64,000 nt of DNA from Octopus vulgaris (Eukaryota). The DNA lies in NCBI GenBank assembly GCA_951406725.2, contig OX597826.1, positions 36,890,001 to 36,954,000 of the forward strand, read 5' to 3'. The notes below the pieces were generated by a model that saw only the letters and a list, made by a program, of their open reading frames with translations, was not told the origin of the DNA and did no database searches. Below, in pieces: positions 13,878 through 26,540 of this stretch. Position 1 is the stretch's first letter. Each line of letters opens with the position of its first letter. Position numbers and translations under genes: made by a program.

Positions 13878-15041
13878 ACACACCCCCACACACACTCAAA
13901 CACACACATATTCGGAAAACGATTGTGACTTCGAAGAATAGATGAAATTATATTTTTAAAGCAGTATGAAATACTGCTTTATCAAACGTCGATATTACTA
14001 TCTCCTAGGAAATATTTATCTCTTTAACTCTACAATCTGCTTTGCCTTGTCTTTCTGCAGCTAAGGTTTTAAATATATATGTGTGTATGTGTGTGTGCAT
14101 ACATACATACACACACACATACATACGTACATATAGGCATACATATATATGTGTGTGTGAATGTATATTTATAAAGTCTCTTCAGAGACTTGGGTTATAT
14201 TTAATTTATTGTTTATATATATATATATATATATATAGATGAACACTGTCGGATTCCGGATTAATACCGAAGTTCTTTAGGTGTGGAAAATCGTGGTTTC
14301 ATGACGGTAAACCCTCCTCTTTAAACCTATGCAAAAACTGGTGTTCGAAGCATAGTTCGTATAGAAGCATGTGCAACTCAACATTAACGATGTACTAAAG
14401 TATTTCTTTGTTTTATTATTTGGCTTTCATATGTATAAACGTTTAATTTTATAGTATTCTAACCTTCAAAATCGCCTGATGAAACGGAGTGGTTACGTTA
14501 AAATATATTATATATTAACGAATAAATAGCTATGGTGCGGAAACGCACCATAATAATATCATTTGATTCTCTGTTTGAAAAATTTCTACTAGGAACTTTT
14601 TTATGTTTATCCAACATGCACAATTTTGTGATTCCGATTAGTAAATAGAATATGCGTAATGGTGAACAAATAATACCAAGAAAATTTTCCAGCTCCCTTT
14701 TATATAATGTATGTTTGTATACATGTATATATGATTCAGTATTTATCATACAGACATATTGAAAGACTGTGTTGGTAAATAGTCATTTAGGTGTTTATGT
14801 AAATCGACGAAGAGACAGTTATGTTGGTAAAAGACTACACTGATGATCGACTAAAGGAATTACGTTAGAGATGGAGAGAGGAAACGTTTAAAAGTAAATG
14901 AGAAAATAAATATAGCGAGAATAAAAGCAAAACAGTCCTACATTATTGGTGAAGAAACAATCTGCACGTTGTCAATCTACCTTGCTTTATTCACAAAACC
15001 GAACAATTATATAGATAGATATATAGACACACACACACACA

Positions 15042-15114
<73 letters not shown>

Positions 15115-15223
15115 AGAGAGGGAGAGAGACAGACAGATAGATAGATAGATTGATAGATAGATAGATAGATATATAGATATATAGATAGATAGATAGATAG
15201 ATAGACAGACAGAGAGATAGATG

Positions 15224-15254
<31 letters not shown>

Positions 15255-18114
15255 GTGTGTGTGTGACAGAGAGGGAGAGGGAGAGAAAGAGAGAGTAGGT
15301 AAGTATTATGTAAGCATGTAGGCTTGCATGTTTGTGCATGTGTGTGTGTATTATGATATCAAATCGACATTCTTTTATCGTTGTTACTTCAAATTTAATT
15401 TATTCCGCACAGACAACATTTATATGGTGTGTGTTTTCGTTTTTGCTTGTTTTATCTTTTGTTAAAATATTTCTTGTCGATTTCTAATTAAATGAATTGC
15501 AAACACTGAACTTCCTCTTTGCTAACTTGAAAAACAATTTTCTATTTATTGTCGTTAATTGCGTATTCATTTATTTATTCATTTAGATGTCTTTGTGTTC
15601 AGCAATTATTTTATTTCAAATTCCTTGTATAAATTTCTACTTCAATCTTAATTAATTTTCAAATGTAGGATTTAATCAAATCACCGCCTGCTTGTATTTG
15701 AAGCCATTCTAAACTTCATTTTGTCTCAGGCATATTTTTATTCAATGAAATCTTTACTCTTCACAAACCCTGTCATCCATTCAAATCATATAGCATCATG
15801 ATGACAAAAAATATCGAAACATGACGCCACTATCCTTATTTAAGTCTTTAGCTAAATACATATTAATGTCATCTTATCACCAATAGCTTTACAGAAGCAA
15901 TCTCGCGGTTAAACATTGCCAACTTTTGGTGCTTTATGAAAATAGCAATGTGCTACCAGTTTCGAGTAGAAAACTCATAAAAGGGATTAATATACATGCT
16001 TAACATCAGCATTTATTTATATTATTTGCATATATACGTGTATACGCGACTCATAAATGCAAATTTGCCTAAAGCGTATTGAGAAAGTACATATGAAATA
16101 TACTGAAAAATGTATGTATATACATATGTATGTATATGCATATACGCATATAAACCAATACATATAAGAACAAATGAAAATAAGACCTCTTTGTCTTGTA
16201 GTCCCCATACATCGCTTTGTCCTCTAATAACAATTTAGTTAATTTTGAGGAGATATAAAATCAAGGGAGATAATTTGATGCCAACGTTGGATTTTATATA
16301 CTAAGGCATTGAGGTCAAGATACTTGTAAATATTGATATTGTGCAACCTACTTTATGGACAAGTATTACCACGGGGCCTATTTCAACGATTAAATCGAAC
16401 ATCGGTGTATTGTAAAAAGGGAAATCAATATGGCGTAATAAAATATGTTCGTAAAGAGTCAATGTTTGAACTAACGTCATCTACTTCTGTGAATATAGAG
16501 GTTGAAATTATCTCCATAATAAGCTAGAATGGCACTAATCTTCCTTTAGCTCGCAAGTATGTTGCCAACTTTGATCTCAATACTGGATCGCCAGTATGTA
16601 GTTAGCTACTATTGCAAATTCCACTTTCCAGTGATAAATGCTGAGTCTATAACTTTAGTCAGTAACTCTAGACATGAAACTCGTAAAGTGTTGCGTCAAG
16701 TGAACCAACGGAAACCAGAGCTCACAATAGCCAGTATCCAAAATATACTGTTAGAATTTAAATCAAAGAAACAACATTTTGAACGGTTTAGTCGAATGAT
16801 GAATGATAGTGCAGATTTTCAATGTCTCTGTAACTTGTGGAAGCTGGGAAAATATTATTATCAGAAAAACATCAAACATGAATGCTTGCAAAGGAATGAA
16901 TTCCACCAAGAGCACTCAAGTGCCCGTTGCTGGTGTAAACCGGCCTCAGATTACTTCCACAACCCTCACCCCTAATATACGGATAAGCAATAATGTAAGA
17001 GCAGCTTCTGTTATCAAACATGAGACATCGGTATTGCAAAATAACTACAACATAATTAACCTAATGAATATGTATTGTAATTTAAATCAAACAATTTTAG
17101 TTCAGTTCCGCACGGCGTGAGTGTATAAGCATCACTTTAATTACTGGGTCATAAATAGAGATGCTGTAGTTGTGAAATTTGCAATGATATGCAAACTTTA
17201 AAATGCAAACTGTAAAATTTTCTGAGATCGAAGATCGTGCCTTAGAAAGTTTTTGAAAATTTGCAAAATTTCATTGTCTCCAAGTTAGAGTGCTAAAAAT
17301 AATACTGTAAAAAACGAAAAGCAAGTAAATTTAAGGTGTTAACGCACAAAAACACTAGAATTATCATTCTATGATTGTATAAATAAATGTATTAATTCTT
17401 GTAAAAATTTAATTACACCTATTGAAATACTTCTTTGATCGAGAATCAATTTACATTGTTTTTGTGAAATTGACTGAAAGAAAGAGATTTTAATGAATTA
17501 CAGAACTTGCATTTAAAAAATGTTTCAACTAAAGAACAGTTAAAGAATCCTTTAAAAATATACAAAAGTTAGTTTAGAAAATTGACAAAAAGTGCTGGAG
17601 ATTATAAGAAAAAAGTATTTCACAATACAGCAGTTTGTTAAATATAGAGAATGCATTGTATGTCAATTGTAGTCTGTGTCATATAAATAGGTCTTTGTGT
17701 GTCTACTCGTGTGTGTGAGAGAGTATGTGTCTGGTGTGATGGGGCATCTGGTTTCTAAAACCCAAAGAAGAATTCTCGGACGGAAAAAAAACATGACTCG
17801 ATGAATAGCATGAAATAATATTTGTAAGAAAATATAAAACGGAAAGTTGTACCAGTGAATGAATTAAAGCTGCAGCTTTTAAAATATTTCATACAAGATA
17901 AAAATCGAAAAATGTCTTGGGAAGGAAAGATATCTTAAGTAAGGTATCATAACATGCAACGGTATGAATTAGCAAACAGGGTACTTATTTTTATCAACCT
18001 TTTGTATATAGCGAACATCTCTTTACATTGTGCTGATAGGTTTTGAAGTCACATTATACTTATATTTTCAGATTTCTAAACCGATCACATTTTCTGCATG
18101 TATTAGATTTTATC

Positions 18115-18204
<90 letters not shown>

Positions 18205-18919
18205 AAGTGGGTATGTTCGCAGTAGCAAGCCGATGAAGCATGTTCACTGCCTATGACCATCTGACGTCTTCCACGTTACTTACACAATTCTCGCTTGGTC
18301 AACCTCAAGTAATTCCACATTGTACGTTGAGTATATAACAAATGATATAGATGGAAAATGGAATACACGAGAAACTTTATTGTTCACAACGATTGTTGAT
18401 CGTTTCGACCTATCCTGCATCGATCCCTCGCGGGTGAGATACTGCATCATTGTTTGTAGTACATGCTTCGGTGCAGATGCATCTCGTCAGTTGATGTTGT
18501 AAGGGCTACCACGTTAAATAAACTCTGTTTCCCTCGGTTTTAATACAGCTAGTTACAGTGTTCGACGAGTCACTATAATGGAAGATGACACGATAATGAT
18601 GGTCTACAAGGAGTTCTGACTCATGCAGTCGGAGTCGTACTCTAACTGAAGTACGACTCAATATACACCCCACACACACACACACGCACTCACATAAACA
18701 CATACACACACCCTCACACACATACAAAGAGAGATAATAGACGGATACATAAAAAAACAGAGACGGAGAGAGAGATAGATGGCTGGCTGGCTGGATGGAT
18801 GGATGGATAGGATGGATGGATTGATGGATGGATGGAAAGTGGGACGGACGAAACCACCCGTCTATTTCAAAATATGGACCTTAAGTGATCGATCAAAAAG
18901 AGATTATTTTCAATGTATT

Positions 18920-19147
18920 AAAATGCCGGATGGTTGAGTATTCCGCAGACAGGTATAACCATTCCGTAATTCTCGAGCTAAACCATTATGGCGCGATGTA
19001 ATAAGAGTGGAGTTTTGGTGCCTTTCATTTTTCAGCGTCGATAGAAATAAAGTTACTGTCAAGCATTAGGGTACATGTAATAGAATAGCCTATCTCTTTC
19101 TTGCAAAATTTCAGTCAGGTCTTGTGCCTGTAGTAAAAAGGATTATT
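18920..19147 (+). mobile_element. Decayed SINE family A copy with alternative tail
   Basis: gcctttcatttttcagcgtcgata core followed by aaatttcag...cttgtgcctgtagtaaaaaggattatt. The same tail occurs reversed at 30815-30890. Confidence 0.5.
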
Positions 19148-19372
19148 AACCCTTTAGCATTCCTATTACTTTGTCAAATGCGATGTTTATTTAGTCTCAG
19201 TGTTTTGAATTAACCATGCGTTATTTTTGGCTTCAGAATGTCAATGAATTGATTGTTTATTTTCAGAATGTCATTATGGGATAGGATTGAGAGGGTGGAT
19301 AGGGTCAGTTAGAACGTTAAACAGGCAGCATATTTGGCCCAGATATTGCCAGTTTAAATGCTAATGGGTTAA
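19146..19372. mobile_element. piggyBac-type MITE
   Basis: TTAA|CCCTTTAGCATT ... AATGCTAATGGG|TTAA: 12-bp terminal inverted repeats with 1 mismatch, starting CCC, with a TTAA target duplication and no ORF. Confidence 0.8.
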
Positions 19373-20873
19373 ATCTACTGTATTCTTCAAAATTGTAAAA
19401 AGTAATACTTTAGGTTAATCGTTATCTTTCTAGTTCGAACTAATTTTCCAAATTATAAATATTCAGAATTTACAAATAAGGACATTCCGGTCAGAGAAAA
19501 GAAAGATGAGCGGCAGAACATCTTGTCCCCTGCAAGTGGGGGCGGCGTCTGTTATGTAGGCAATTTCAAAATAATGTTTTGTTTACTTCATGAAAAGGTG
19601 TGCAGGTTGTCTGTGATATCAACAAGCATACATTTCGAATGTGGCAGCTTTATTGCACTATAAATATTTCGTGTTACAAAAGCAATAAATTTGCTTTAGG
19701 ATAAAAAAAACATGAAATGTGTTGTTTCAATAACTGAAAGGTAAGTATTAAAGAAAGTCCCAATATTTTAACAAAGAACCATATTTTTGATTTGCTATAA
19801 CATTCTAAAGAACAACCAATACTTTAATTATCCGACTGACAAATGTCGACTTCTACAAATATAGTTTTTTTGTTTTTAGTTTTGTTGTATTCATGGCAGA
19901 CTTGTTTCTAAAGCACAGCGTAACTCTTAGATGTCATTAAAAAAAACAGTGCTACATATAAATGCTCAGATCTGATTCAAGGTGGTATTTAAAAGCAAAA
20001 GAAACAAAATGTTTTAAAACAACAAAAGAAAAATTAGCCAAAATAAATTCAAATTTAAATGTAAATTGTTTGCAAATAAAAAAGAACATGTATTATTCAA
20101 AAGTCTCACGAAGAATTAAAGATTCTTTCTAGCTTTCAATCAGACAAGCACCTGTTCAAAATTAATTTGCTTTAATACACAGATGAATTTCTAGTTGTGA
20201 GTTTATTAAATAATGAAAAAGGCAAATCGAAAACAATAAAATAACACGTAAACAATAGCAAACCATTATTATGCATGTAAGTATGTGTGTGTGCGTGCGT
20301 GTGTCTGTGTGTATGTGTGTGTGTGTGTGTGCGTGTGCATGTATGTATATATGAGAAATAAATTACCATTTTATATCTCTTCGATATCTATAATATTTCA
20401 AAGAATTGCAGCAAGTTAACTTTTAATCTGTTGGTTTTTCTAGCATTTTACACTCACATACTTCATTTCTATATTCCTGTCTTCATACAGAAAGGAAAAC
20501 ATGTTTATTTATTCACGGCTTTCCTGTTTTAACTGTCGCATCAATTACCAAATACTTTCTGGTCAACCTGATTAGTTATGTATGCCGATATTTAAGAAAC
20601 GTCATCCATAAAATCAGATTATTGGTAAACGATAATAAAATGGATTTATTTAACAGCAAAAAGTAAAACTTTGCTAATCAATAATTGTTTTGTTTTGTGG
20701 CTTTTTTTTTCTCCAATTCAAAATTCAAATGTAATAAAATTCTTTTATAGCTGAATCTTGGGGAAAATTATCAACTTTCTTCGCCTCAACATTCATTTCA
20801 AGAATATAAGAAACATATGTCAAGAATGCGAAATGACAAAAATATAAGAGAAACAAAAATGAATAAAACATAG

Positions 20874-20962
20874 CATTATTATTATTGTTATTATTATTAT
20901 TATTTTTATTGTTGTTGCTGTTGTTGTTATTATTGTTATTATTATTATTGTTGTTGCTGTTG

Positions 20963-21030
<68 letters not shown>

Positions 21031-21166
21031 GATATTATTATTATCATTATTATCATCATCATCATTATAATCATTTTTACTATTATTGTTGTTGTTGTTA
21101 TTATTATTACTATTATTATTATTATTAATAATAAAATCGTTATTATTATCATTATTATCATTGAAC

Positions 21167-21200
<34 letters not shown>

Positions 21201-21236
21201 CATCATTATTATTATTATTATTAAAATTATTATTAT
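20874..21236 (+). repeat. Compound (TTA/TTG/TCA)n microsatellite
   Basis: Direct inspection. Confidence 0.95.
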
Positions 21237-21929
21237 CGTGGATTCTTACATTATTTGCATTCGTATCTGTTGCTGGAAATGAGAAATTTAAAATTTACAC
21301 CTGATTGGTTTTATAACATTTAATTATTTCTTTTGTAAAATCCAAAATAAATTCTATTACATGCATAAATTGAATGAGTACATAAAGAACAGAGTAATCG
21401 ACAGGATAGTGATCATCTTTCAACCGATAGAACGAGGAATTTTCAACGTTGTCGCACGAACCGCTAAATACAGAAGTTAAGTCTCCCTCAAAATACACTG
21501 AAATATCTAAAACGGGATATACACAGTAAACATAGTCAAAAAGCCAAGATAATCATAGTGGAATTCCTTTGATTTTTTACTTTATAGGTTTGCTGGAATA
21601 AGGGTCACTGCTATATATGTAGTGTTAAACAACAGCGGCTCCCAATTTTAAGACTGGTTAACTTTAAATGTTATGTTCTCCTATCTGAATTAGCTTTAGT
21701 AACTTTTGACTTGCAAGAATAACAGGTAAGCAGTATTTACGTTTAGAGTTCCCTCTAACTTTTACCCCGATCAGTATTGTTTACCGTCACTTCTTCTTAT
21801 GGTACACTCTTTAAACATTCTATTCCTGTTTCAATCACCTTCATTACGAATTTATATCTAGGCAGAGTAAACCTCCTCAATGCTTGATATCTTCAAACAA
21901 GGTTTAGTATTATTAGACTTTAACTAATC

Positions 21930-22680
21930 CCTAGGTCAGTATCACAAAAATTAGCTTTTGCACTCTGTCTGGATAACCATCCATGAGGCCATGACACCTG
22001 TATCATGAATCTCTGAATTTTGTTGGAGGGAATGTCATTCAACTATGGAATCCATCACTTTCCGCTTCAATAACACTTTTTCTGGCGGCTCAGCATCATT
22101 AACTTTCAGTCGTCATCACCTAATTCTGAATTGTCTACGTTGGTATCACTACCATAAGATCTTTCTATGTGTGACACTATTATTAATAAGTTTTGATTTC
22201 TCCCTGGATTAACATTGCCTCATGCCTGGTTCACCTTAATTAAGTTTTTGACTTTTACTGAGCTTGCACCATTAACCACATATTTTATGCATTGCCAGCA
22301 ACATTACCATAGCATTTCTATTTGTGTCACCATTATTAAGGGTAACCCTGCTAGCGTCAACATAATTAAGCAGTGACGGTAATGTTTTGACTTCTTGTGA
22401 CTGGATCAATATGATAAACATTCGAATTCCACTCAGCTTAGCATTACAAGAATCAGTGAAGCTGCTCCTCGTTAAAATTGTTATTTCTCTAGACCAGCGA
22501 TATAAAAAAATTACATGTGCCAGTATCAGTATTATTAAAACTTGATATCTGCCTGGGTTAACATGTTTGGAAGTTGCTGAGTAAGCATCATTAAGATTGA
22601 CGTTGGTTCAATCGAATCATTGGCAAGCAAACTTAGACTGTGCCTGCATTGTCACAGTTTCTGATATCTTGATTGTGACT
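21930..22680. repeat. Highly decayed minisatellite, unit about 25-35 bp
   Basis: Recurring motif close to ctgggtcaccattattaag.tttgatttc, e.g. cctggttcaccttaattaagtttttgac, tgtgtcaccattattaag, gcgtcaacataattaag, cagtatcagtattattaaaacttgata. Confidence 0.5.
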
Positions 22681-23804
22681 GAAGATAATATTAAGCGTAC
22701 ACATATCTAAAGATCTTGTATGCTATTACGCTACAATTCAATAAGTCTAAGTATTTCTATTCAATTTCTGTCAAGTACAGCACCAATGTTAATGAGAGGT
22801 TTATGAGCCCTTTCCACCCACTGCCCATAGTCCATAACATTATTAAACCCCAATCCCGTTTTTATTTAAACGAGTATCAACTGAATTCATTTCTTTTTCT
22901 TTCAGTCTCTCATTTCCTGTCCTTCTCTCATTCTCGTGAAACAAAATACGTATTTGTAAACGCGTGTACGGGTATGTTTCTGTTCATATGCACATACTCA
23001 TGCTTCTCCGCACGCGCGCGCGTGTGTGAGTGTATGTGTGTGTGTGTGTATGTGTGTGTATTTACACGTGTGCGAGTGAATGTGTCTTTGTTGTTTGCCT
23101 CCGTGTTTGTTATTGTTATTTTGCCGAAGGGCAATTCTGAATGAACGAACATATGACCTAATACTGCCCAACCGCGAACATACTCGTATTATTTTGACCA
23201 GCTGAGTATCTACAACTATGTTGTCCAATGCATAACTTTCTCATTTTTAACACAGTGTAAGTTATGGCTTGAAAGAGATTTGATCGCTATTTCTATTAGA
23301 TTGAGCCAGAACCTAGCGGCCTTTCCTCATTGTCTCGTAATGTCTATGTATTTCGAAATCATTGTTAGAGTAATATGTCAGAAGAGGCAGTTATATTCAC
23401 AACTGTAAAGATATTGATCAATATCACCAATATATAAACGACAGTTATATCTCTTCTGTACTTTGAACAATCCAAAATATTGCTGATTGTAACTACAATA
23501 TTGTAAGTTTACAACACAAACAAAACGCTACTTTTACATGGAAGCTATTACACACTTCACCTATTTCAAGATATTCAGTTTTCATTGCAGCTTTTAAATA
23601 CATTCTTCTATAAATACCTGACAATATGAACCCATGGATTTCCTGCTATGTTTTATGGATATCAATTTATTTTCCACTACTTATATATCTCCCCATTCTT
23701 TCTCTCTCTACTTCCTCTATCGCACTTTTTCTCTTTCCCTTTCTCTTTTCCCTCCTCTTTCTCTCTGGCTTGTATATTAACAGAGAAATATTTATTACTG
23801 ATAT

Positions 23805-23935
23805 GCGAACGGAGTGGGTTGGAGGCGGTAGAGCGTCGCACAAAATACTTAGCGGTTTTCGTTACTACTTTTACGTTCTGAGTTCAAATCTCGCTGAGTT
23901 CGTCTTCGCCTTTCATCCTTCAAATTTTGGGGTGA
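23805..23935 (+). mobile_element. SINE family A 5' fragment
   Basis: aaatacttagcggttttcgtt...tacgttctgagttcaaatctcgctgagttcgtcttcgcctttcatcctt matches 9550-9630. Confidence 0.7.
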
Positions 23936-24875
23936 AAAAAGGGACTCACACAAAGACATACTTCTTTCTTCCTGAGTTCAACAATTCCTACTTACTTCTA
24001 TTTCCTGAATTTTATATGTGAATTTCACCCGGAGAAATATATCGAAGTCTATTGGAATTAATCACGTGGTGTTTTTCTTCTTTTGAATGCCTTTGACAAC
24101 AATATCAGAGCGATTCATCTTAGTCACGCTGTTTGGAAGAATCAATATGTCCTAGAGTTTTCTTGCATTGTCATTCACTGAGATCGCTTATACTCGTATA
24201 CGTTCAGACCATTTTCTCTGAATATTTCATAACCCTGGTGTAATAACAAGTGTATATCAGCTCTAACTCTATCGCTCTATCGTATCAGTTGATGTATTCA
24301 CTGTTGGTTTGTTATGGGCGGCCAGACAATGGCATTCATTGGCTTTCTGATCCCCTCATAGTTTGCAATAACGGATTGTATTCGGCTGGAATATTTGATT
24401 TTAATAATTTCTGGCGAGAATTCTTTGGATTGGTACTGCAATAAAACAGATATACTCTGATGTCAGTATTGAATTAGTTTCAAATCAAAGAATATCTTGG
24501 TTTGTCATTCCAGCTTTTTTAAGCTGCAGAAATTCTCCTGGACTTTATGCTTTAGTAAATGCTACGGAACACAAGTTTACCGATCACCCACAAAAAGTTT
24601 GCAGTTCACTATTTCCCTTACTTCAATAATTTCCATGTCCGTGCATACGACCTTGGCTCTTATTCTGGCTTCATCGCTCCTTTTGGTAACACGTGATTTT
24701 CTCTTACTGGGTTTCTTTTAATTCTCCTCTCCAAGCTAACATAGAAGTAACGGGTTTTTCACATTAGTTCTTACATTTAAAAGGTGTGACTGCACTATAT
24801 GGCGCCAGAATCATCTGACGCAGATATGATATATATATATGTATATATATATACATATGCATATATATATGTATA

Positions 24876-25280
24876 CTCTCTTTAATCTTTTACTCTTTTA
24901 CTTGTTTCAGTCATTTGACTGCGGCCATGCTGGAGCACCGCCTTTAGTCGAGCAAATCGACCCCGGGACTTATTCTTTGTAAGCCCAGTACTTATTCTAT
25001 CGGCCTCTTTTGTCGAACCGCTAAGTGACGGGGACATAAACGCACCAGCATCGGTTGTCAAGCAATGCTAGGGAGACAAACACAGGCACACAAACACATA
25101 TATATATACATTTATACGACGGGCTTCTTTCAGTTTCCGTCTACCAAATCCACTCACAAGGCATTGGTCGGCCCGGGGCGATAGCAGAAGACACTTGGCC
25201 AAGATGCCACGCAGTGGGACTGAACCCGGAACCATATGGTTGGTAAACAAGCTACTTACCACACAGCCACTCCTGCGCCT
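24876..25280 (-). mobile_element. tRNA-headed SINE family B, full length
   Basis: Minus-strand head ggcgcaggagtggctgtgtggtaagtagcttgtttaccaaccatatggttccgggttcagtccc (A and B boxes), central gccttgtgagtggatttggtagacggaaactgaaagaagccc, internal TA/TG microsatellite and tail ...gactgaaacaagtaaaaga. Homologous to 28073-28443 and 57399-58385. Confidence 0.88.
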
Positions 25281-25281
25281 C

Positions 25282-25332
<51 letters not shown>

Positions 25333-25355
25333 GATATGTATATATATATACATAC

Positions 25356-25402
<47 letters not shown>

Positions 25403-25434
25403 TGTGTGTATATGTGTGTGAGCGTATATGTGTT

Positions 25435-26529
25435 GGGAGGTGACGTGAGGTTGTCGCCCCTCAAAGGGATTATGGTGCGGATGGAGAGAAAAACGATCAC
25501 CTATAAGTGGTTCTCGTTAAAAGGAAAAAAGGCCGAGCAGGTGGAAGTTAAAACAGTAAAGGCGCTAAAGGTACGGTCAAAGGAAGTGACATATATAACC
25601 AAAGGAAGGAGATATGAGACGAGGGTCGTCCAATTTAGGACAGGAGAGGAGGCGAGGAGGCTGGCGAGTGTGGCGGTGAAAACAGAGGCAGTAGTGCTTC
25701 TGCCCACATACCTTGAAAGAAAGACTTCCAACGTAAGGGTAAAAACAATCCCACCTGATATAGAAGTGGCTTGGGTGACGCCGGCTGTCCTTGTTGGAAG
25801 TGAAAAGAAAGTGGCTGCCTTCGAGCCACAGAGACGGGGAAGGAGGTTGGAAAGGGAAGACATTGGAATTGATTATACAGACGAAAGAGGAACAACTGGA
25901 GTGTTTGGCAGAGACGGTGACGTTGGGGGGAATTGTGCTGAGAGTGTGGGTAGAGGGCAGGGTACCACGTTATTTTAAATGTGGCCAAAAGGGCCACATT
26001 GGAGCGTACTGCTCTCTGCAGAGGACAATAGCAGAGGAAACAGTTGTAGAGACGGAAGAGAAAAGAGAAGAAGAAAAGACAGAGGGAGGAAAGGAAGAAA
26101 AGGAGAAAGAATGGAGAATAACAGAGTAGAAGGAAGAAGAGAAAAAAGAACACTGAGTGTGATGTGGTACCCCAGTCCTACTCTATCCCATCCAAGACCA
26201 CTCAGACCCACCCTCCCCGTACAGACACCAAACCCACCCACTCCATTTCCCAACAGGAAAAAAAGTAAAAAAAGGAGCAGACACCCCAGAATTTAGAAGA
26301 GGCAGCGAGTGGTGTTGCTCAGTGTGGGGTGAGTAGCACTCTCTTCATATTTTCATTTTCAACTCTCACGCATGTTATCATAATTCTAATTTGTTTTTCA
26401 AGTTCATTTTCATGTCATTCATAACACCATATGTTATTTTTGTATATTTTTAATTATTATATGTCCCCACATGTGTTGTACTGTCCCTTCTATGTAAAGC
26501 CTTTATGGCTCATTTGACGAAATAAAGAA
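25435..26529 (+). mobile_element. ORF1/gag-only non-autonomous retroelement, copy 1 (frameshifted, 5'-truncated)
   Basis: Broken ORF ...VQFRTGEEARRLASVAVKTEAVVLLPTYLERKTSNVRVKTIPPD...VWVEGRVPRYFKCGQKGHIGAYC, with a decayed CX2CX4HX4C at 25971-26012. Followed by an E/K-rich then P/T-rich tail and a T-rich 3' UTR ending AATAAAGAA. No RT or endonuclease sequence. Confidence 0.7.
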
Positions 26530-26540
26530 GCTTGCTTCCC

